A stretch of DNA of 64,000 nt from Macrostomum lignano (GCA_002269645.1 NIVC01000465.1:1-64000), one strand, 5' to 3'. Positions 16,660 to 33,129 are shown, counted from the first letter of the stretch. Made by a program: numbers and translations. Notes: generated by a model from the sequence alone, not told the origin.

Positions 16660-17335
16660 GGGAGTCAGACAATGGTAGATTGTGTCTATGGATTTAGAGT
16701 TAGACTGGTAGATTGTGTCTATGGATTTGGAGTCAGACTATGGCAGATTGTGTCTATGGATTTGGAGTCAGACTATGATAGATTGTGTTTATGGATTTGG
16801 AGTCAGACTATGATAGATTGTGTTTATGGATTTGGAGTCAGACTATGGTAGACTGTGTTTATGGATTTGGAGTCAGACAATGGCAGATTGTGTCTATGGA
16901 TTTGGAGTCAGACTATGATACGCTCGTAGATTGTGTTTATGGATTTGGAGTCAGACTATGGTAGATTGTGTTTATGGATTTGGAGTCAGACTATGGTAGA
17001 CTGTGTTTATGGATTTGGAGTCAGACAATGGCAGATTGTGTCTATGGATTTAGAGTCAGACTGGTAGATTGTGTCTATGGATTTGGAGTCAGACTATGAT
17101 ACGCTCGTAGATTGTGTTTATGGATTTGGAGTCAGACTATGGTAGATTGTGTTTATGGATTTGGAGTCAGACTATGGTAGACTGTGTTTATGGATTTGGA
17201 GTCAGACAATGGCAGATTGTGTCTATGGATTTAGAGTCAGACTGGTAGATTGTGTCTATGGATTTAGAGTCAGACTGGAAGATTGCGTCTATGGTTTGGA
17301 GTCAAGACGATGGTAGATTGTTTTGATTGTTTAGT
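16660..17335. repeat. 33-35-bp minisatellite (TAGATTGTGTYTATGGATTTGGAGTCAGACTATGG)n
   Basis: Direct tandem repeat with an internal higher-order duplication (GATACGCTCG variant at ~16917 and ~17098). Confidence 0.95.
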
Positions 17336-18146
17336 AGTCAATGGTAGATTGTGTCTATGCTTTTAGAGGCAGGCAATGGTCATAAACACTGATTAATTTT
17401 TAATCACTTTTGGCTTCGCCACTCCTGAAAATCTACCAATGTCTGCCTCCAAAACCATACACACAGGCATATTGTCACATGTCTCATTTTAGTAGCCATA
17501 CGCAATGATTTCGAATCGTTAAATGATGAGCGTACAGAAAGGTACGCAATGAGGGTACAGCATGGGACAATGAGCAATTGCCGATAATTTTTTTCTCATC
17601 CTCTAGCGTCACGATCAACATTAACAGATGCAAGATAACCCAGTAGCTTTATCGAATTTGTGGTACTTTTAAGTCTCCATAGAACATTAAACTTTAAGGC
17701 GTCACTAACAGACCAAAAATAACTTGAAATTTCTCTCGGAATCTCGACGATATCACAAGATTTATTAAGCTAAGGTTGTTCTAAACCTTGCATAAGAACT
17801 ATAAATCATATTTTTCTCCTATAATTTACGCTCAAGATGCGATTATTTCATCCTAGGACGCAAGCAAACGGCTAGAGAGTTCATACTTATAATCTGACTT
17901 TGCATGCGACACAAGCCGTCCCCAGCGCTTGATGGGAACGGTACGCTCGTAACTCTGCCTACTATTGGCTGCACCAGCAGGCCCGACTTCTGCATTTCAA
18001 GTCGGATTTGCCTGTACCAGCAAGCATAAAAGCTAGCCCCGCGTTTTGGAGATACTATACAAATTCTTCCTAAATCTAGAGAATTCGACATGATAATCTA
18101 TTGGCAATAACTTACAAAAAAGACGCAATTACTTACAGCTAGAAAA

Positions 18147-19376
18147 ATGTTCTCCTTTGTTCCTCTCACCGATGAAAACTGCACCTTGGCGAATGTCACC
18201 ATCAACGATCCGCGAACTGTCTACAAAGGCATCTTCAAGGTAATCTTCATCTCGCTGGGGTCAATCAATCTGGTCCTAAACACGATCAGCTTTCTGGTGT
18301 TTCTCTGGCATCGCCAGAAGGAGAGCATAGTCCGCATTCTGCTGCTATTCCTGTCGGCCACGGAGTCCCTGGCCAGTCTGGGCATGACCAGCGTCCAGAC
18401 GATCCGTCTGCTCACGGATATTCTTCGTGACCGGGTGAGCTATCCGTCTGCCGCGGTTGCTAAGGCAACCATCGACTACCTGAGCGTGTCCTGGGTTATA
18501 GCCAACACCTTCCTGATGGCTCGGAACTGGTGCATCGTTCTCATTGCCGTCACTCGGTGCGAAGTTGTCCTGCGACCGTTCTCGCGTCACGGAGTTCGAC
18601 GAGTGTTCAGCCACCGAACAGTTCTGATCAGCTTCATTGGCGTCCTACTGTTGAGCTGCGCTTTCGGAGTGCCGAAGGCGTTTCAAGAGAACTACGACTT
18701 CTGCTCGAGTACTGGACGCATTGTTGGCGTGCAACCGGTGGAACCCTTCAGCAACTATGCTGGGTTCTATCTCGCTTCGATGTTCTTTCAAGCAGTGCTG
18801 CCAGTGATAATTGTCGGTCTGGTTTCCGTTGCTATGACAATTGTTTTGCGACGTGAAACCAACGTTGGTAACCAGTTAATCAACGAGTCGACGAGCCAGT
18901 CTGTGGATCAGCGAACTCAGAGCAGCCAGCTGCATCGATGTCACTGCAGCAACGGTCAGGCGCGCAGGAGCAGAGCCACTCGAATGGTTCAACTGTTGCT
19001 GGTTGCTTTCGTTAGCCTGGAGATGCCGATGTTCCTCACCGTGATGGTCGGCATCCGGCTGCCCGACGAGAGCGAATTTTGGGACATCTTTATGGCCTAC
19101 GCAATGGAGGTGACCAACCTGTGCTTGAACCTGGACTCCACGTGCAACTTCTTCATTTACATGAAAACGAACAGCACGTTTCGGCAGGTGCTGCTACGGA
19201 ATCCGCCGACTCAGAATGGCGCCAGTCAGCACCGGCTGAGATGTTCAGAAAGGAACAGGCGAGGGCATCAGGAACAGCAGCATCAAAATCGAGCTCGAAA
19301 TTCGCGGAACTATGAAATGGCTGAATTATCAAGAATTTCTAGTTTAAACAGAGCGAAAAAATACCAGCTTGTCTGA
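18147..19376 (+). CDS. Intronless orphan class A GPCR, paralogue 2, 409 aa
   Basis: Seven TM segments, ARNWCIVLIAVTRC and NLDSTCNFFIY. Homologous to paralogue 1 and nearly identical to paralogue 3. Confidence 0.92.
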   Translation: MFSFVPLTDENCTLANVTINDPRTVYKGIFKVIFISLGSINLVLNTISFLVFLWHRQKESIVRILLLFLSATESLASLGMTSVQTIRLLTDILRDRVSYPSAAVAKATIDYLSVSWVIANTFLMARNWCIVLIAVTRCEVVLRPFSRHGVRRVFSHRTVLISFIGVLLLSCAFGVPKAFQENYDFCSSTGRIVGVQPVEPFSNYAGFYLASMFFQAVLPVIIVGLVSVAMTIVLRRETNVGNQLINESTSQSVDQRTQSSQLHRCHCSNGQARRSRATRMVQLLLVAFVSLEMPMFLTVMVGIRLPDESEFWDIFMAYAMEVTNLCLNLDSTCNFFIYMKTNSTFRQVLLRNPPTQNGASQHRLRCSERNRRGHQEQQHQNRARNSRNYEMAELSRISSLNRAKKYQLV

Positions 19377-21096
19377 CTGATTTACCTGTACGCTTGTTTA
19401 AGCTACATCAACAACAAAGTGTCTACAGCTCGTAAAAGTTTTTACGCGTTAAAAAGGCAGGTTGAAGTTGCAGACCTTGGACTCGATCTCATTGATCGCG
19501 CTTTAGTCTGAGCCAACAACCCCCAATTCTTTGTAGCAGAGCGGATGTAAAAAGTACTACTTAGAGGTAAGCAAAGCTCTCATCAAAAAATAAAGTCCCT
19601 TGTTCCTCTAACGTGATTTTTTGTTCAAACCGTTTAAGACAATTGCACCGCATTATTCCTTTAAAACGTGAACGGATAATTCATGAACGACGTGACAGAT
19701 AACAATAAATTTAGCTTACTTGGCATCTCCTCTCTACGTCAAATATGAGCTATCTTTTTTGTCCTGGTTTCAATGAGTTTTGTTTGATCAGTGCATGGCA
19801 ATTTAAGGATTACAACCTGCTACGAATGAGGAATACTGGTAGCAGATAGCTAAAACTTAAAGCTTCTATATTTTATTTTTTTATGTTGTAGAAAGCCCCC
19901 CTCCCAGGTTCTGCGCCGTATTTTCTGAATTATATTATAATAATTGCATCAGCAATCAGTTCGATTGTTGACAAGGCCAACAAGCAGTCAGTCACTGTCG
20001 CTGAAAATCTGTGCTTAAAAGTACAAGTGCTATTTTAGCAGCGATGTTATCTATCCAAAATGTCTATCGTAAAAACAATCTTCTTCATCTGATAGTTTAA
20101 ATATCAATTAATTGATTGATATTAATGTAATTATTACACAGCCAGCCTACACACACAGTTTCGACATTCAGACGTCCACCGACCTACCCAGCGTTACTCC
20201 ATGTCGATTTTTGTCTCTGGCAAGGGTAATTGGACAGTACGGATGATGACGCCAAGCGCAGAAACTTTGCGCAGAATTTCTTTGACAGCCAAGTTCAGTT
20301 TTAAGTCACCGACTCTCCACTTCTATCGCTAATTTCTTTGCTTTGGTGAATTTTTTAAATGATATCTCCTTGTTTGGTGACTTTCAAATTTGAATCATAT
20401 GAGTAATGCATGATTTCGTTCTTTGAAGTGACAGCAAAGTTAATTAAACTGGTTAAACTTTTTGATTCGACCTTCTCAAGCTTCAATCAGTATTTATCCG
20501 CAGTTCGATCTTGATGAGGAGCTCTCTGTCTTTCTGTGATGGCGGCTGAAGGGTAAAAATTAAAGCAAAGACAAAGGCATAAGTGCAACTATAATACAAT
20601 TTCTAGTAAAGTACGAAAAAACAAGCCCTTTGCTGGAACTGTATGATAAAATTTTGATCAGAGGAAACTCCGTTGTCGTAAGAAGCCAACGGCTAAAGCT
20701 GCCAATAGATATCAGGAGGCTTCTTCATCAGATTGATCATTTTTTATAACTCAACGTTTAGTGAAAGTTGGAATTGATATACACAGACATGGGGTTTTTT
20801 AAAACATCAGGAAAACTATGGATATTGAAAAATTTTGAAGCCTTTTATCCTCATGTCGACTTTTGCTCCTGATAAGCCCCGCTTGATATTGCTTCTCCCG
20901 AGAAATGAAATTTTTTTTCCTTAAACTGCATGCTTAATTTTGTTTGCTTTCACTGTAATTGCTTGTAAATGTGAGTCCAAACAAGTTATACTACGAGTAT
21001 ATGCCTGCTAATATAACTTCATAGACAAGAAACGTCTCACAGCAGAAGCGCTATCTGTTCGCAAACGCTTTCACAACAAAGACATTTACAAAAGGC

Positions 21097-21500
<404 letters not shown>

Positions 21501-22507
21501 TTTATGCTCTTGCTCACTAACCAACTTACCCCGGAAATGTAAAAGTATAAAACGTAGATAGATTATGTCCTGACTGCATTTGTAACCAGTCCTATTTCAC
21601 CCCCAGGGAACAGATAATCCAAAAAGCAAGTTACATTTTCTTCGCAGTAATGGAATGCTATTAAAAATTAATATTCACCCGCCATTACGACTGATCGAAC
21701 ATGTAAATTTCTCCTCTCCTTGCTTCGTTATCGATTTGACTTGACCCAGCGCTTTATGAGCTGATTTTTGACGATCAAGTAAATTTGTTTACTCTAATTC
21801 CGTAGGCTTAATCCACCTGTGCAACATTTAGACGTCCTCTGACCTACCCTAACGCACCTGACAAATGGGGTGTTACAAATTGCTGGGCATGACCAACCGA
21901 GCAAGTTCTTTTTAGCTGCTTCAAAGAGTTGAATAGGGACGTAATTGCACCTCGAAATCCCGAGGCGAACTGCATGTATAGCTAGTTATCGTAGTTCTGT
22001 CTCGGGTGGCTTCGGCAGAAAAAGATCGTATAATTCATTCGAGAATCATCTATATAATTAGATTGCGTTTACCTCAATTCAATTTCCGAGGCAGCTAGAC
22101 GAGGGCTGCAAAGTTAATTTTCAATCCGTCTTGCGTCGTTAATCGTTAAATGCTGTTGATCATGCCTTATCTAACCTATAGCCTAGTGACAACCAAAACC
22201 AAGACCCAATCAAGACTTTAGTCAGGAAAAATGAAGCTTTTTGAGTAGGAAAGCATAGCCCGTCCGATGTCTGTTCCAACTTTTGTATATAGGCCAGAAT
22301 AATAGGGAGCTCTAGGTAGTTACTAATTTCAGAAAACTATACTGGAAGTAATTCAAACAGACTATTAAGAAACAATTAATGTTTTAATAAGTAAAATCAG
22401 TAGACTGCATGCTTTCCATAGTATGATCTCCACTTACATTATATGTTATGGCTCGACTGTTGCATATGATGGACTATCCGAATGCATAATAATGGGTTGC
22501 TTTCACA

Positions 22508-24916
22508 AGACTAGAGGCTAGAGACTAGAGGCTAGAGGCTAGAGGCTAGAGGCTAGAGGCTAGAGGCTAGAGGCTAGAGGCTAGAGGCTAGAGGCTAGAG
22601 TCTAGAGGCTGAAGGCTAGAGGCTAGAGGCTAGAGGCTATATAGGCTAGAGGCTATATAGGCTAGAGGCTCGAGGCTAGAGGCTAGAGGCTAGAGGCTAG
22701 AGGCTAGAGGCTAGAGGCTAGAGGCTAGAGGCTAGAGGCTAGAGGCTAGAGGCTAGAGGCTAGAGGCTAGAGGCTAGAGGCTAGAGGCTTAGAGGCTAGA
22801 GGCTAGAGGCTAGAGGCTAGAGGCTAGAGGCTAGAGGATATAGAGGCTAGAGACTAGAGGCTACGAGCTATAGAGGCTAGAGGCTAGAGGCTAGAGGCTA
22901 GAGGCTATAGAGGCTATAGGCTAGAGGCTAGAGGCTAGAGGCTAGAGGCTAGAGGCTAGAGGCTATAGAGGCTAGAGACAAGAGGCTAGAGGATATAGAG
23001 GCTAGAGATTAGAGGCTACGAGCTATAGAGGCTACGAGCTATAGAGGCTAGAGGCTGGAGGCTAGGAGCTAGAGGATATAGAGGCTAGAGACTAGAGGCT
23101 ACGAGCTATAGAGGCTAGAGGCTAGAGGCTAGAGGCTAGAGGCTAGAGGCTAGAGGCTAGAGGCTAGAGGCTAGAGGCTAGAGGTTAGAGGCTAGAGGCT
23201 AGAGGCTAGAGGCTAGAGTCTTGAGGCTAGAGGCTATAGAGGCTAGAGGCTATAGAGGCTAGAGGCTATAGAGGCTAGAGGCTATAGAGGCTAGAGGATA
23301 TAGAGGCTAGAGACTAGAGGCTACGAGCTATAGAGGCTAGAGGCTAGAGGCTAGAGGCTAGAGGCTAGAGGCTAGAGGCTAGAGGCTAGAGGCTAGAGGC
23401 TAGAGGCTAGAGGCTAGAGGCTAGAGGTTAGAGGCTAGAGGCTAGAGGCTAGAGGCTAGAGTCTTGAGGCTAGAGGCTATAGAGGCTAGAGGCTATAGAG
23501 GCTAGAGGCTATAGAGGCTAGAGGCTATAGAGGCTAGAGGCTATAGAGGCTAGAGGCTAGAGGCTAGAGGATATAGAGGCTAGAGACTAGAGGCTACAAG
23601 CTATAGAGGCTAGAGGCTAGAGGCTAGAGGCTAGAGGCTATAGAGGCTATAGGCTAGAGGCTAGAGGCTAGAGGCTATGTGGCTAGAGGCTATGTGGCTA
23701 GAGGCTAGAGGCTAGAGGCTAGAGGCTATAGAGGCTAGAGACAAGAGGCTAGAGGATATAGAGGCTAGAGATTAGAGGCTACGAGCTATAGAGGCTACGA
23801 GCTATAGAGGCTAGAGGCTGGAGGCTAGGAGCTAGAGGATATAGAGGCTAGAGACTAGAGGCTACGAGCTATAGAGGCTAGAGGCTAGAGGCTAGAGGCT
23901 AGAGGCTAGAGGCTAGAGGCTAGAGGCTAGAGGCTAGAGGCTGAAGGCTATAGAGGCTATAAACTAGAGGCTGGAGGCTAGGAGCTAGAGGATATAGAGG
24001 CTAGAGACTAGAGGCTACGAGCTATAGAGGCTAGAGGCTAGAGGCTAGAGGCTAGAGGCTAGAGGCTAGAGGCTAGAGGCTAGAGGCTAGAGGCTAGAGG
24101 CTAGAGGCTAGAGGCTGGAGGCTAGAGGCTAGAGGCTAGAGGCTAGAGGCTAGAGGCTAGAGGCTAGAGGCTAGAGGCTAGAGGCTAGAGACTAGAGGCT
24201 AGAGGCTAGAGGCTAGAGGCTAGAGGCTACAGGCTTAGAGGCTAGAGGCTAGAGGCTAGAGGCTAGAGGCTATAGAGGCTAGAGGCTAGAGGCTAGAGGC
24301 TAGAGGCTCGAGGCTAGAGGCTAGAGGCTATAGAGGCTAGAGGCTAGAGGCTAGAGGCTAGAGGCTATAGAGGCTAGAGGCTAGAGGCTATAGAGGCTAG
24401 AGGCTAGAGGCTAGAGGCTAGAGGCTAGAGGCTAGAGGCTAGAGGCTAGAGGCTAGAGGCTAGAGGCTAGAGGCTAGAGGCTAGAGGCTAGAGGCTATAG
24501 AGGCTAGAGGCTAGAGGCTAGAGGCTAGAGGCTAGAGGCTAGAGGCTAGAGGCTAGAGGCTAGAGGCTAGAGGCTAGAGACTAGAGGCTAGAGGCTATAG
24601 ACTAGAGGCTATATAGGCTAGAGGCTAGAGGCTAGAGGCTATATAGGCTAGAGGCTAGAGGCTAGAGGCTAGAGGATATAGAGGCTCGAGGCTAGAGGCT
24701 AGAGGCTAGAGGCTATAGAGGCTCGAGGCTAGAGGCTATAGAGGCTCGAGGCTAGAGGCTAGAGGCTAGAGGCTAGAGGCTAGAGGCTAGAGGCTACAGG
24801 CTTAGAGGCTAGAGGCTAGAGGCTAGAGGCTAGAGGCTATAGAGGCTAGAGGCTAGAGGCTAGAGGCTAGAGGCTAGAGGCTAGAGGCTTGAGGCTAGAG
24901 GCTATAGAGGCTAGAG
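22508..24916. repeat. 7-bp satellite (TAGAGGC)n, 2.4 kb, with variant cassettes
   Basis: Direct observation. The variant block GGATATAGAGGCTAGAGACTAGAGGCTACGAGCTATA recurs. Confidence 0.99.
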
Positions 24917-25369
24917 TTGCTGAGTGTATGCATTAGAGGTTTTATTTTACCATTAAACTTGCGATATAGCGCTTGTCGAGTTCTTTTTAATTGTAGAACG
25001 CATCTGTTTTGTTACACTAATCCAGGTCCAGCCGAGGCTCACTGGACGCCCGCAACCTCCCAGCTACATGTATTTTTCCTATTCACTCGAGCGGGAAATA
25101 ATTTCTAACTGAAGATTTTTCACTTGAGGACTGCCCAATGCATGTCAGCTGTGTCGAGTCGAGGTATTTATTTCTTATTAGTTCGGGTGACCTAATTATT
25201 TCTATTTTGCGTCACTGTTCCTCTTCGAACTTCCTGGCTGCCCCGACCACGGACGCAAACTTTTACAACACGCCTTGGCTCTTTGCTTTCGTAATGTTTT
25301 ATTCTTCTTCTTCACGATCACACGAAAAATCCGATGACGTAAGTGATATCGTCATCCAAATAAGATATT

Positions 25370-25680
25370 TTTAAGAGGCAGGGACTGTGTGACCCTGGTG
25401 CACTTTAAGCGACATTGTCACACAACCGGCAAGAGGCATTACTGCCCATTCCGCCGACTTCCCTGAGCAGGCATACAAGCGCGGATACGTACGCAGCCAT
25501 AAGCACAGGCACACACTCACAGGATCGTTAGGCATGTACACTTTACTGTGCATTGGGGTTTGCTCTCAAGGCGGTTAATTACACAAGCTGGGATTCCAGT
25601 TTAGCCCCAAATTAATGCGACTGCATGTGGAATCGAGCCTGGGCCGCTGGCACACCAGACCGCCACGCAATATCTGTTAG
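25370..25680 (-). mobile_element. Possible degenerate SINE of a second family
   Basis: GAATCGAGCC..GCCGCTGGCACACCAGACCGCCACGC resembles a reverse-complemented tRNA-like head. The central part has only weak resemblance to known SINE central domains. Confidence 0.3.
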
Positions 25681-28435
25681 GTGTTTAATTCATGCATACT
25701 TGAACCGCTCCCATAGCGTATTTGAATCCCATGGGCAACAATTACTACTGAAACTAGTCTCCAAGGAACGTTAAAAAGTAAGTTTTGCGCTAGAAAGTCT
25801 TTCTACACGTAGCTTGAACTGGAATGTTGTCTTTAAGAATAATCTGATTTTTTATGCTTTAATCCAAATCGAGTTAAATCCATAGGTTTGTCAATTAAAA
25901 AACAGATTTTTCTCGCTGGAGTTTTTACCTGGCCATATATAGTACTGTTTTGTTTATTTACGAGTACGTAGCCTATTGTAAGACTATATTAAAAAGGTGC
26001 TATTTGGGGTAGGTAAACAAAGGTTATGAAACTCCTAAAAAGTTTTTCTGGGAAAAATGACCATCAGATTGGCAGGATATTGTTGGAAAATTGATAAATT
26101 TAAACAGAAAACTTTATGATGAAAATTAGAAGCAAGCGGTTCTATCCTGGTTGAGCCAGGTCTCTATTCAGAGGACCTTGGAGCCTGATGGAGCCTCTTG
26201 TAAACGTCGGGAGCCGACCGCAGCACGTACATTGTGCTACTAGTGCTGACACCTCCAGGAATTGCTGTCAGACAAACATTCAGCTGGACTGGACGTGATC
26301 CAGGCCGAGAGCTGCTGCCCCAGTCTCCTTAGGACGTCCTGCAGGGCCCATTTAAGCTACGCTGTATGAGACACCGCGACTTTCCTGGATTGCATCTTTT
26401 GTTAAGCTACGAGCTAATAAAAGCTGTGTACGCTAAACAATAAATTTTTAACGAATATTTCTTATAATTCCAAACTTTCAAGTGCCGGTCACGAGGAAAA
26501 AGAAGATAACTAATACTAAAAATGAGTTGTCTGTAGGTATGCGATAGATTTCAGAAAAAAATAGCTAGTGTTGTGCCCGGGTGCACTTGCACCGATGAGC
26601 AATCTCTGGCTCTCGGTCAAGTGTGCCCGGCACTGCACTCCCCCCCCCCCGGCCGCGTGCCTGCGCCAACCCCCCATTCTGTCTGCGTCAACCCCCCTCC
26701 AGTTGCACCCACCCCACTGTCTGTTAGGCCAGCCGGTTTTGGCTGGCTGCGGCTCCAGTGCGCCCCCTCGCTCGCCCTGCGATTGGCTGGTGGTCCAGCC
26801 AATCGGTTTGTATTCTTTCCCCCCTCCAATCGCGACCCCGACTTTGTAACTTTTATAAGACGATCGTAATTTTGGCTAGCTGGGCCTTGGGTAGCGATAC
26901 CCTAGGGCTCAACCAGCTAGCGAAATATAAATGTGTGCAGGAGCGGCGATAGGGGGGGGGGCATCTTTTTGGTTGAATTGTGCAAGTCACAGCCATAAGT
27001 CTAATACTGCAATCTAGATACCTGTCTATTCTATAGACTGAAGAGAGAACATTGAGAGAAGCCACCCCTGCTGCCGCCACCGCTGTTACCCGAAGAAACA
27101 GAGTGAGTCGCGTGTCTTTTTTATTTGAGGGACTGGCGGGAATTAATCTGTGCATTAGGGACAGGCTGATCAAGTCTCCTGACGCGATCCCCCGCTCAGA
27201 GTCCGAAGTCAGTCCGGCCAGTTGACTGACGCCATCTTCGGCTCGTTCACTGTGATAGTCAGGGTAGTGATCCGGCCTGTAACACAACACTGGCTAAAGG
27301 TAAACCAGACTCGCGCTAATATTGTCACAGTAGTACTATGGCAGGCCAAACTCGTAATTATACGAGGTGATTATTCAATATGTTTGCGATTTCGGTGCTG
27401 GTGTACCGGTGCCGTAATCGTGTTTAGCTGACAGGATCCTGTTTTATCCTGTTCTACCGTTGTTTTATCCTGCGATTTTCAATGTGTTCAATCTTAAATA
27501 TATTGAAATACATTTGCTTGCGGTCTCGCCTCGCCTGCCCTTCGTTCTCATCGCCACGCCCTCGCCTCCGTTTTCGTCCTGTTGGCTAATCAGCCAGTTC
27601 TTTGCGATTCGCTTTTGTTGCACTAGCGTGCTTGCATTGCGCCATTTCTTTTCTAAGCCAGTCAATTTCTAAAATAAGAATTGCTTTTTAAAGAATTGTT
27701 TTGTCTGCATTGCGCATCATACTTTTGTTCTACGGTTGTTCGAGTCGTTTTGTAAAACCGTCATTGGATATCACAAATTCCAAACATTAATTAACCTAAA
27801 TATTAACTCTAACCTTAACCGCCGGTGTTATGGTTTAGGATCTCCGGGGGTCCGGTCAGTTTAGGGTGTCCGGGGCGGAGACCCTAAACCGTTTAGGATC
27901 TCCCCTGAAGACTTCTAACGGTTATGGGTCTCCGGGGTAGGAGATCTGAAACCGTTTAAGGGTCTCCGGGGCATTTTCAGGTCTCCGCACCGGGAGATCT
28001 TAAACCAGTTTCTGATCTACCCCCAGGAGACTCTAAACCAGTTTCAGCTCTCCGTCAGGGCCGCAAAAACAAAGTCCTGGTTTAGGATCTCCGGTTTCCG
28101 AACTCCCCCCCCATTTGTGTAAAACCAATGGTCATGGTATTGAACGCGTACATGTATAAGAAGTGGAAAGGCATTTTTATCATCAACGTAGCATTAGTTT
28201 TATACGTATACAAGCTGTTGAAACCCGCGGATTTTGAACCCGGGGAATTCCAATACCCGGAACTACTTTGGCATGTATTCTGAAATCTAAGGCCATACAC
28301 AAACAAAAACTTGTTAATAGTTAGTAGGATAGAGATAGATATAAAATGGAGCACATTCATGTAAAATTAGGGTTTGAGACATTGTTGGCTGGGGTACTGC
28401 GCAGAATGTCAGGCAATGTCTGTCTGACTCTAAAA

Positions 28436-29894
<1,459 letters not shown>

Positions 29895-30930
29895 CTTGGA
29901 AAGCCAGTTTGTGGGACGTAGTACTCTCATGGTTGTTCTCATGCTTTGATCACGTCATCTTTCTTGCCGAATTGCAGCCTTGAAAGGAATTTGTGTATCT
30001 TCAGCTCCACTGCAGTCTGCATCAGTCTAACAACCAAGGAAGTACGCATTTCTTAGGAGGCCATTTAAAACTTACACAGTACCTTTAAAATTGCCATCCA
30101 CTGTTAAACTGCTGAAGAGTTTGCCAATACAGAGGGGAGGGCAGTGGTTAGAATTTCTCACTAAACTGTTATGGCTGCTAAACGTAGCCTCTCCTTTCCA
30201 CTCTCGGGGTGCAGAGAAGGCTATAAATAAAGTTATTCCAAAACACTGTACATTTGCTATGTACATTCAGTCCTATCGCCTGACCCTTCGTCTGGCTCTG
30301 GGGGAATGAGTGAGTGAGTGGCACAAACAACAGAAAAAGCAGACAATCTTCACATGCTTACAGTTTCTTTTTCGGTTGAGTTACAGAGTTGAAACTTTAC
30401 ATTTAGACAGAGAATGAGTCAATGAAGAATTGTGTCAAGTTTGAAGTCAATCGCTTTACGTGGAGCAAACTTATGGCAGCTGAAAGTTAGTCAATTTTGA
30501 AACCCTTTTACACATCTGGGCCCAGATCGGGAAAGAGAGGCAGGCGGGCGGAGGTTGGGGTGGTTGCTACGCTGAAAAAAACAGCCTAACTTTAAAAGTG
30601 CACAGCACCGCTCAGGATTAACTTTGAGATTTGAAATTTTACACGATTGTGCCAAAATAGTTAAAGATTATCTGTGTCAAATTTAAAGAGAATCGGTAGA
30701 AGTGGAGCGGCGCTATGGAGGATTAAGTGAAAAAATCGCACATTTTGAGCAGTTTTTTTGTACTTTTAGGTAGGAAGACTTGAGTCTAGGAAATTTAAAG
30801 GTAGCCTAAGACATTCTCCATAGTAAGTTTAGGGTGGGTGTAAAGTTTGGTGTAATTTGGTTGAGCGGTTTGGGAGTCCATAGCGATCAAAATTGTCCAC
30901 ACACACACACACACACACACAGAGTTTTGA

Positions 30931-32974
30931 TCTCTAACTATAAAAATCAAAACTCTGTCTGTGTGTCTGTCTGTCTGTCTGTGTGTGGACAATTTTGATC
31001 GCTATGGACTCCCAAACCGCTCAACCAAATTACACCAAACTTTACACCCACCCTAAACTTACTACGGAGAATGTCTTAGGTTACCTTTTAATTTCCTAGA
31101 CTCAAGTCTTCCTACCTAAAAGTACAAAAAACTGCTCAAAATGCGCGATTTTTTCACTAAATCCTCCATAGCGCCGCTCCACTTCTACCGATTCTCTTCA
31201 AATTTGACACAGGCAATTTTCAACTATTTTGACACAATCGTGTAAAATTTCAAATCTCAAAGTTAATCCTGAAAGCCGCGGTGCACTTTTAAAGTTAGGC
31301 TGTTTTTTCAGCGTAGCAACCACCCCAACCTCCACCCGCCTGCCTCTCTTTCCCGATCTGGGCAAAGGGTGCAAATAGGTTTTTAAACGACTAACTTTGG
31401 GCTGCCATAAGTTTGCTTCACGTGAAGCGCTTAACTTCAAATTTGACACAATTCTTCATTAACTTATTCTCTGTCTAAATGTAAAGTCTCAACTCTGTAT
31501 CTCAATCAGGACGGAAACTGTAAGCATGTGAAGTTTGTCTGCTTTTTCTGTTGTTTGTGCCACTCACTCACTCCACTCATTGCCCCAGAGCCAGACGAAG
31601 GATCAGGCGGTAGGACTGAATGTACATAGCAAATGTACAGTGTTTTGGAATAACTTTATTTATAGCCTTCTCTGCACCCCCGCGCGTGGAGAGGCTACGT
31701 TTAGCCATGACAGTTTAGTGAGAAATTCTAACCACTGCCCTCCCCTCTGTATTGGCAAACTCTGCAGCAGTTTAACAGTGGATGGCAATTGGCAAATCGA
31801 GGCAATCCAGCATAGTTTGTAAAAGCGAAATATTTATGAAAAGGCGATGCGATGCAATGAAATACAACCCTACTAAATTAGGCACACCATGGAAATTTTA
31901 GGTTTCTTTTAAAGGTACTGTGTAAATTTTAAATGGCCTCCTAAGAAATGCGTATTTCCTTGGTTGTTAGACTGATGCAGACTGCAGTGGAGCTGAAGAT
32001 ACACAAATTCCTTTCAGGGCTGCAAATTGGCAAGAAAGATGACGTGATCAAAGCATGAGAATAACGATGAGAGTAGTACGTCCCACAAACTGGCTTTCGA
32101 AGCAGTGATCGGCAGACTTTTACTTCAAAAGCCAGATAAAGAATCCAGCTTATGTGCGGGCCAGATGAGAGTGGAAAGGAAGGAATAGACTATTAGAAGA
32201 GAGGAGAGGCGAGACGGGGATAAGAGAAAACATGGAAGATAAGAGGAGAGACAAGTGGTGAGGAGAGAGCAGAGAAGAAGGGAGGAAGAAGCGAGAGGAG
32301 GGAGAAAGGAGGGAGAGGAAAGAGTAAAGGTGAGAAGAGGGGAGAGATGAGACAGAGGATCGATGAGAGGAGAGTAGGGAAGAGTGAGAAAAGAGTAGAG
32401 ATGAGAGAGCAGAAAGAAGATGACAGAGGGTCAAGAGGAGAGGAGAGAGTAGAAAGGATAGAGAAGAGAGAAGATAAGAGGGGGAGAGAAGAGTGAGAAG
32501 AGAAGAGATAGAGATAATAGAGATAAGAGAGGGATGTAAGAAGAGGGGAGAAAGGAGAGATGAGATTGTAGAGATGAGACAAATGAAAGGAGAGATGAGA
32601 GAGTAAAGATAAGAGATGAAAAAGGTGAGAGGAGAGTGCAGAGAGATGAGAGAAGATATTAGAGGAGAGAGAGTATAGAAGAGGGAAGAGAAAAGAAGAG
32701 AGGAGTAAGGAAAGAGAGGAGTCAGAAGAGGTGAAAGAGAAGAGTACAGAGGAGATAAGTGAGAGAACGTATTAGAGAGTAAAGATGACAGATGAGAGAG
32801 CAGAGATGAGGGTGAACAGACGAGAGATGGGAGAGTAGAGAGAACAGATGAGAGATAAGAGAGAAGAGATTACAGAGACTAGAGGAGAGAGGAGAGACAG
32901 GGAGAGAGAAGAGGAAATAGGAGAATGAAGAGGGGAGAGAGTAGAGAGTAGAAGAGGGATGGGAGAGGAGAGAT

Positions 32975-33049
<75 letters not shown>

Positions 33050-33085
33050 GAAAGAGAGGAGAGAGAGAGACAGAGAGAGAGAGAC

Positions 33086-33129
<44 letters not shown>

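Noticed and set aside
26566-27292. Possible TIR element (TAGTGTTGTG / CACAACACTG)
   Set aside because: Only a 9-10-bp match and no TSD.
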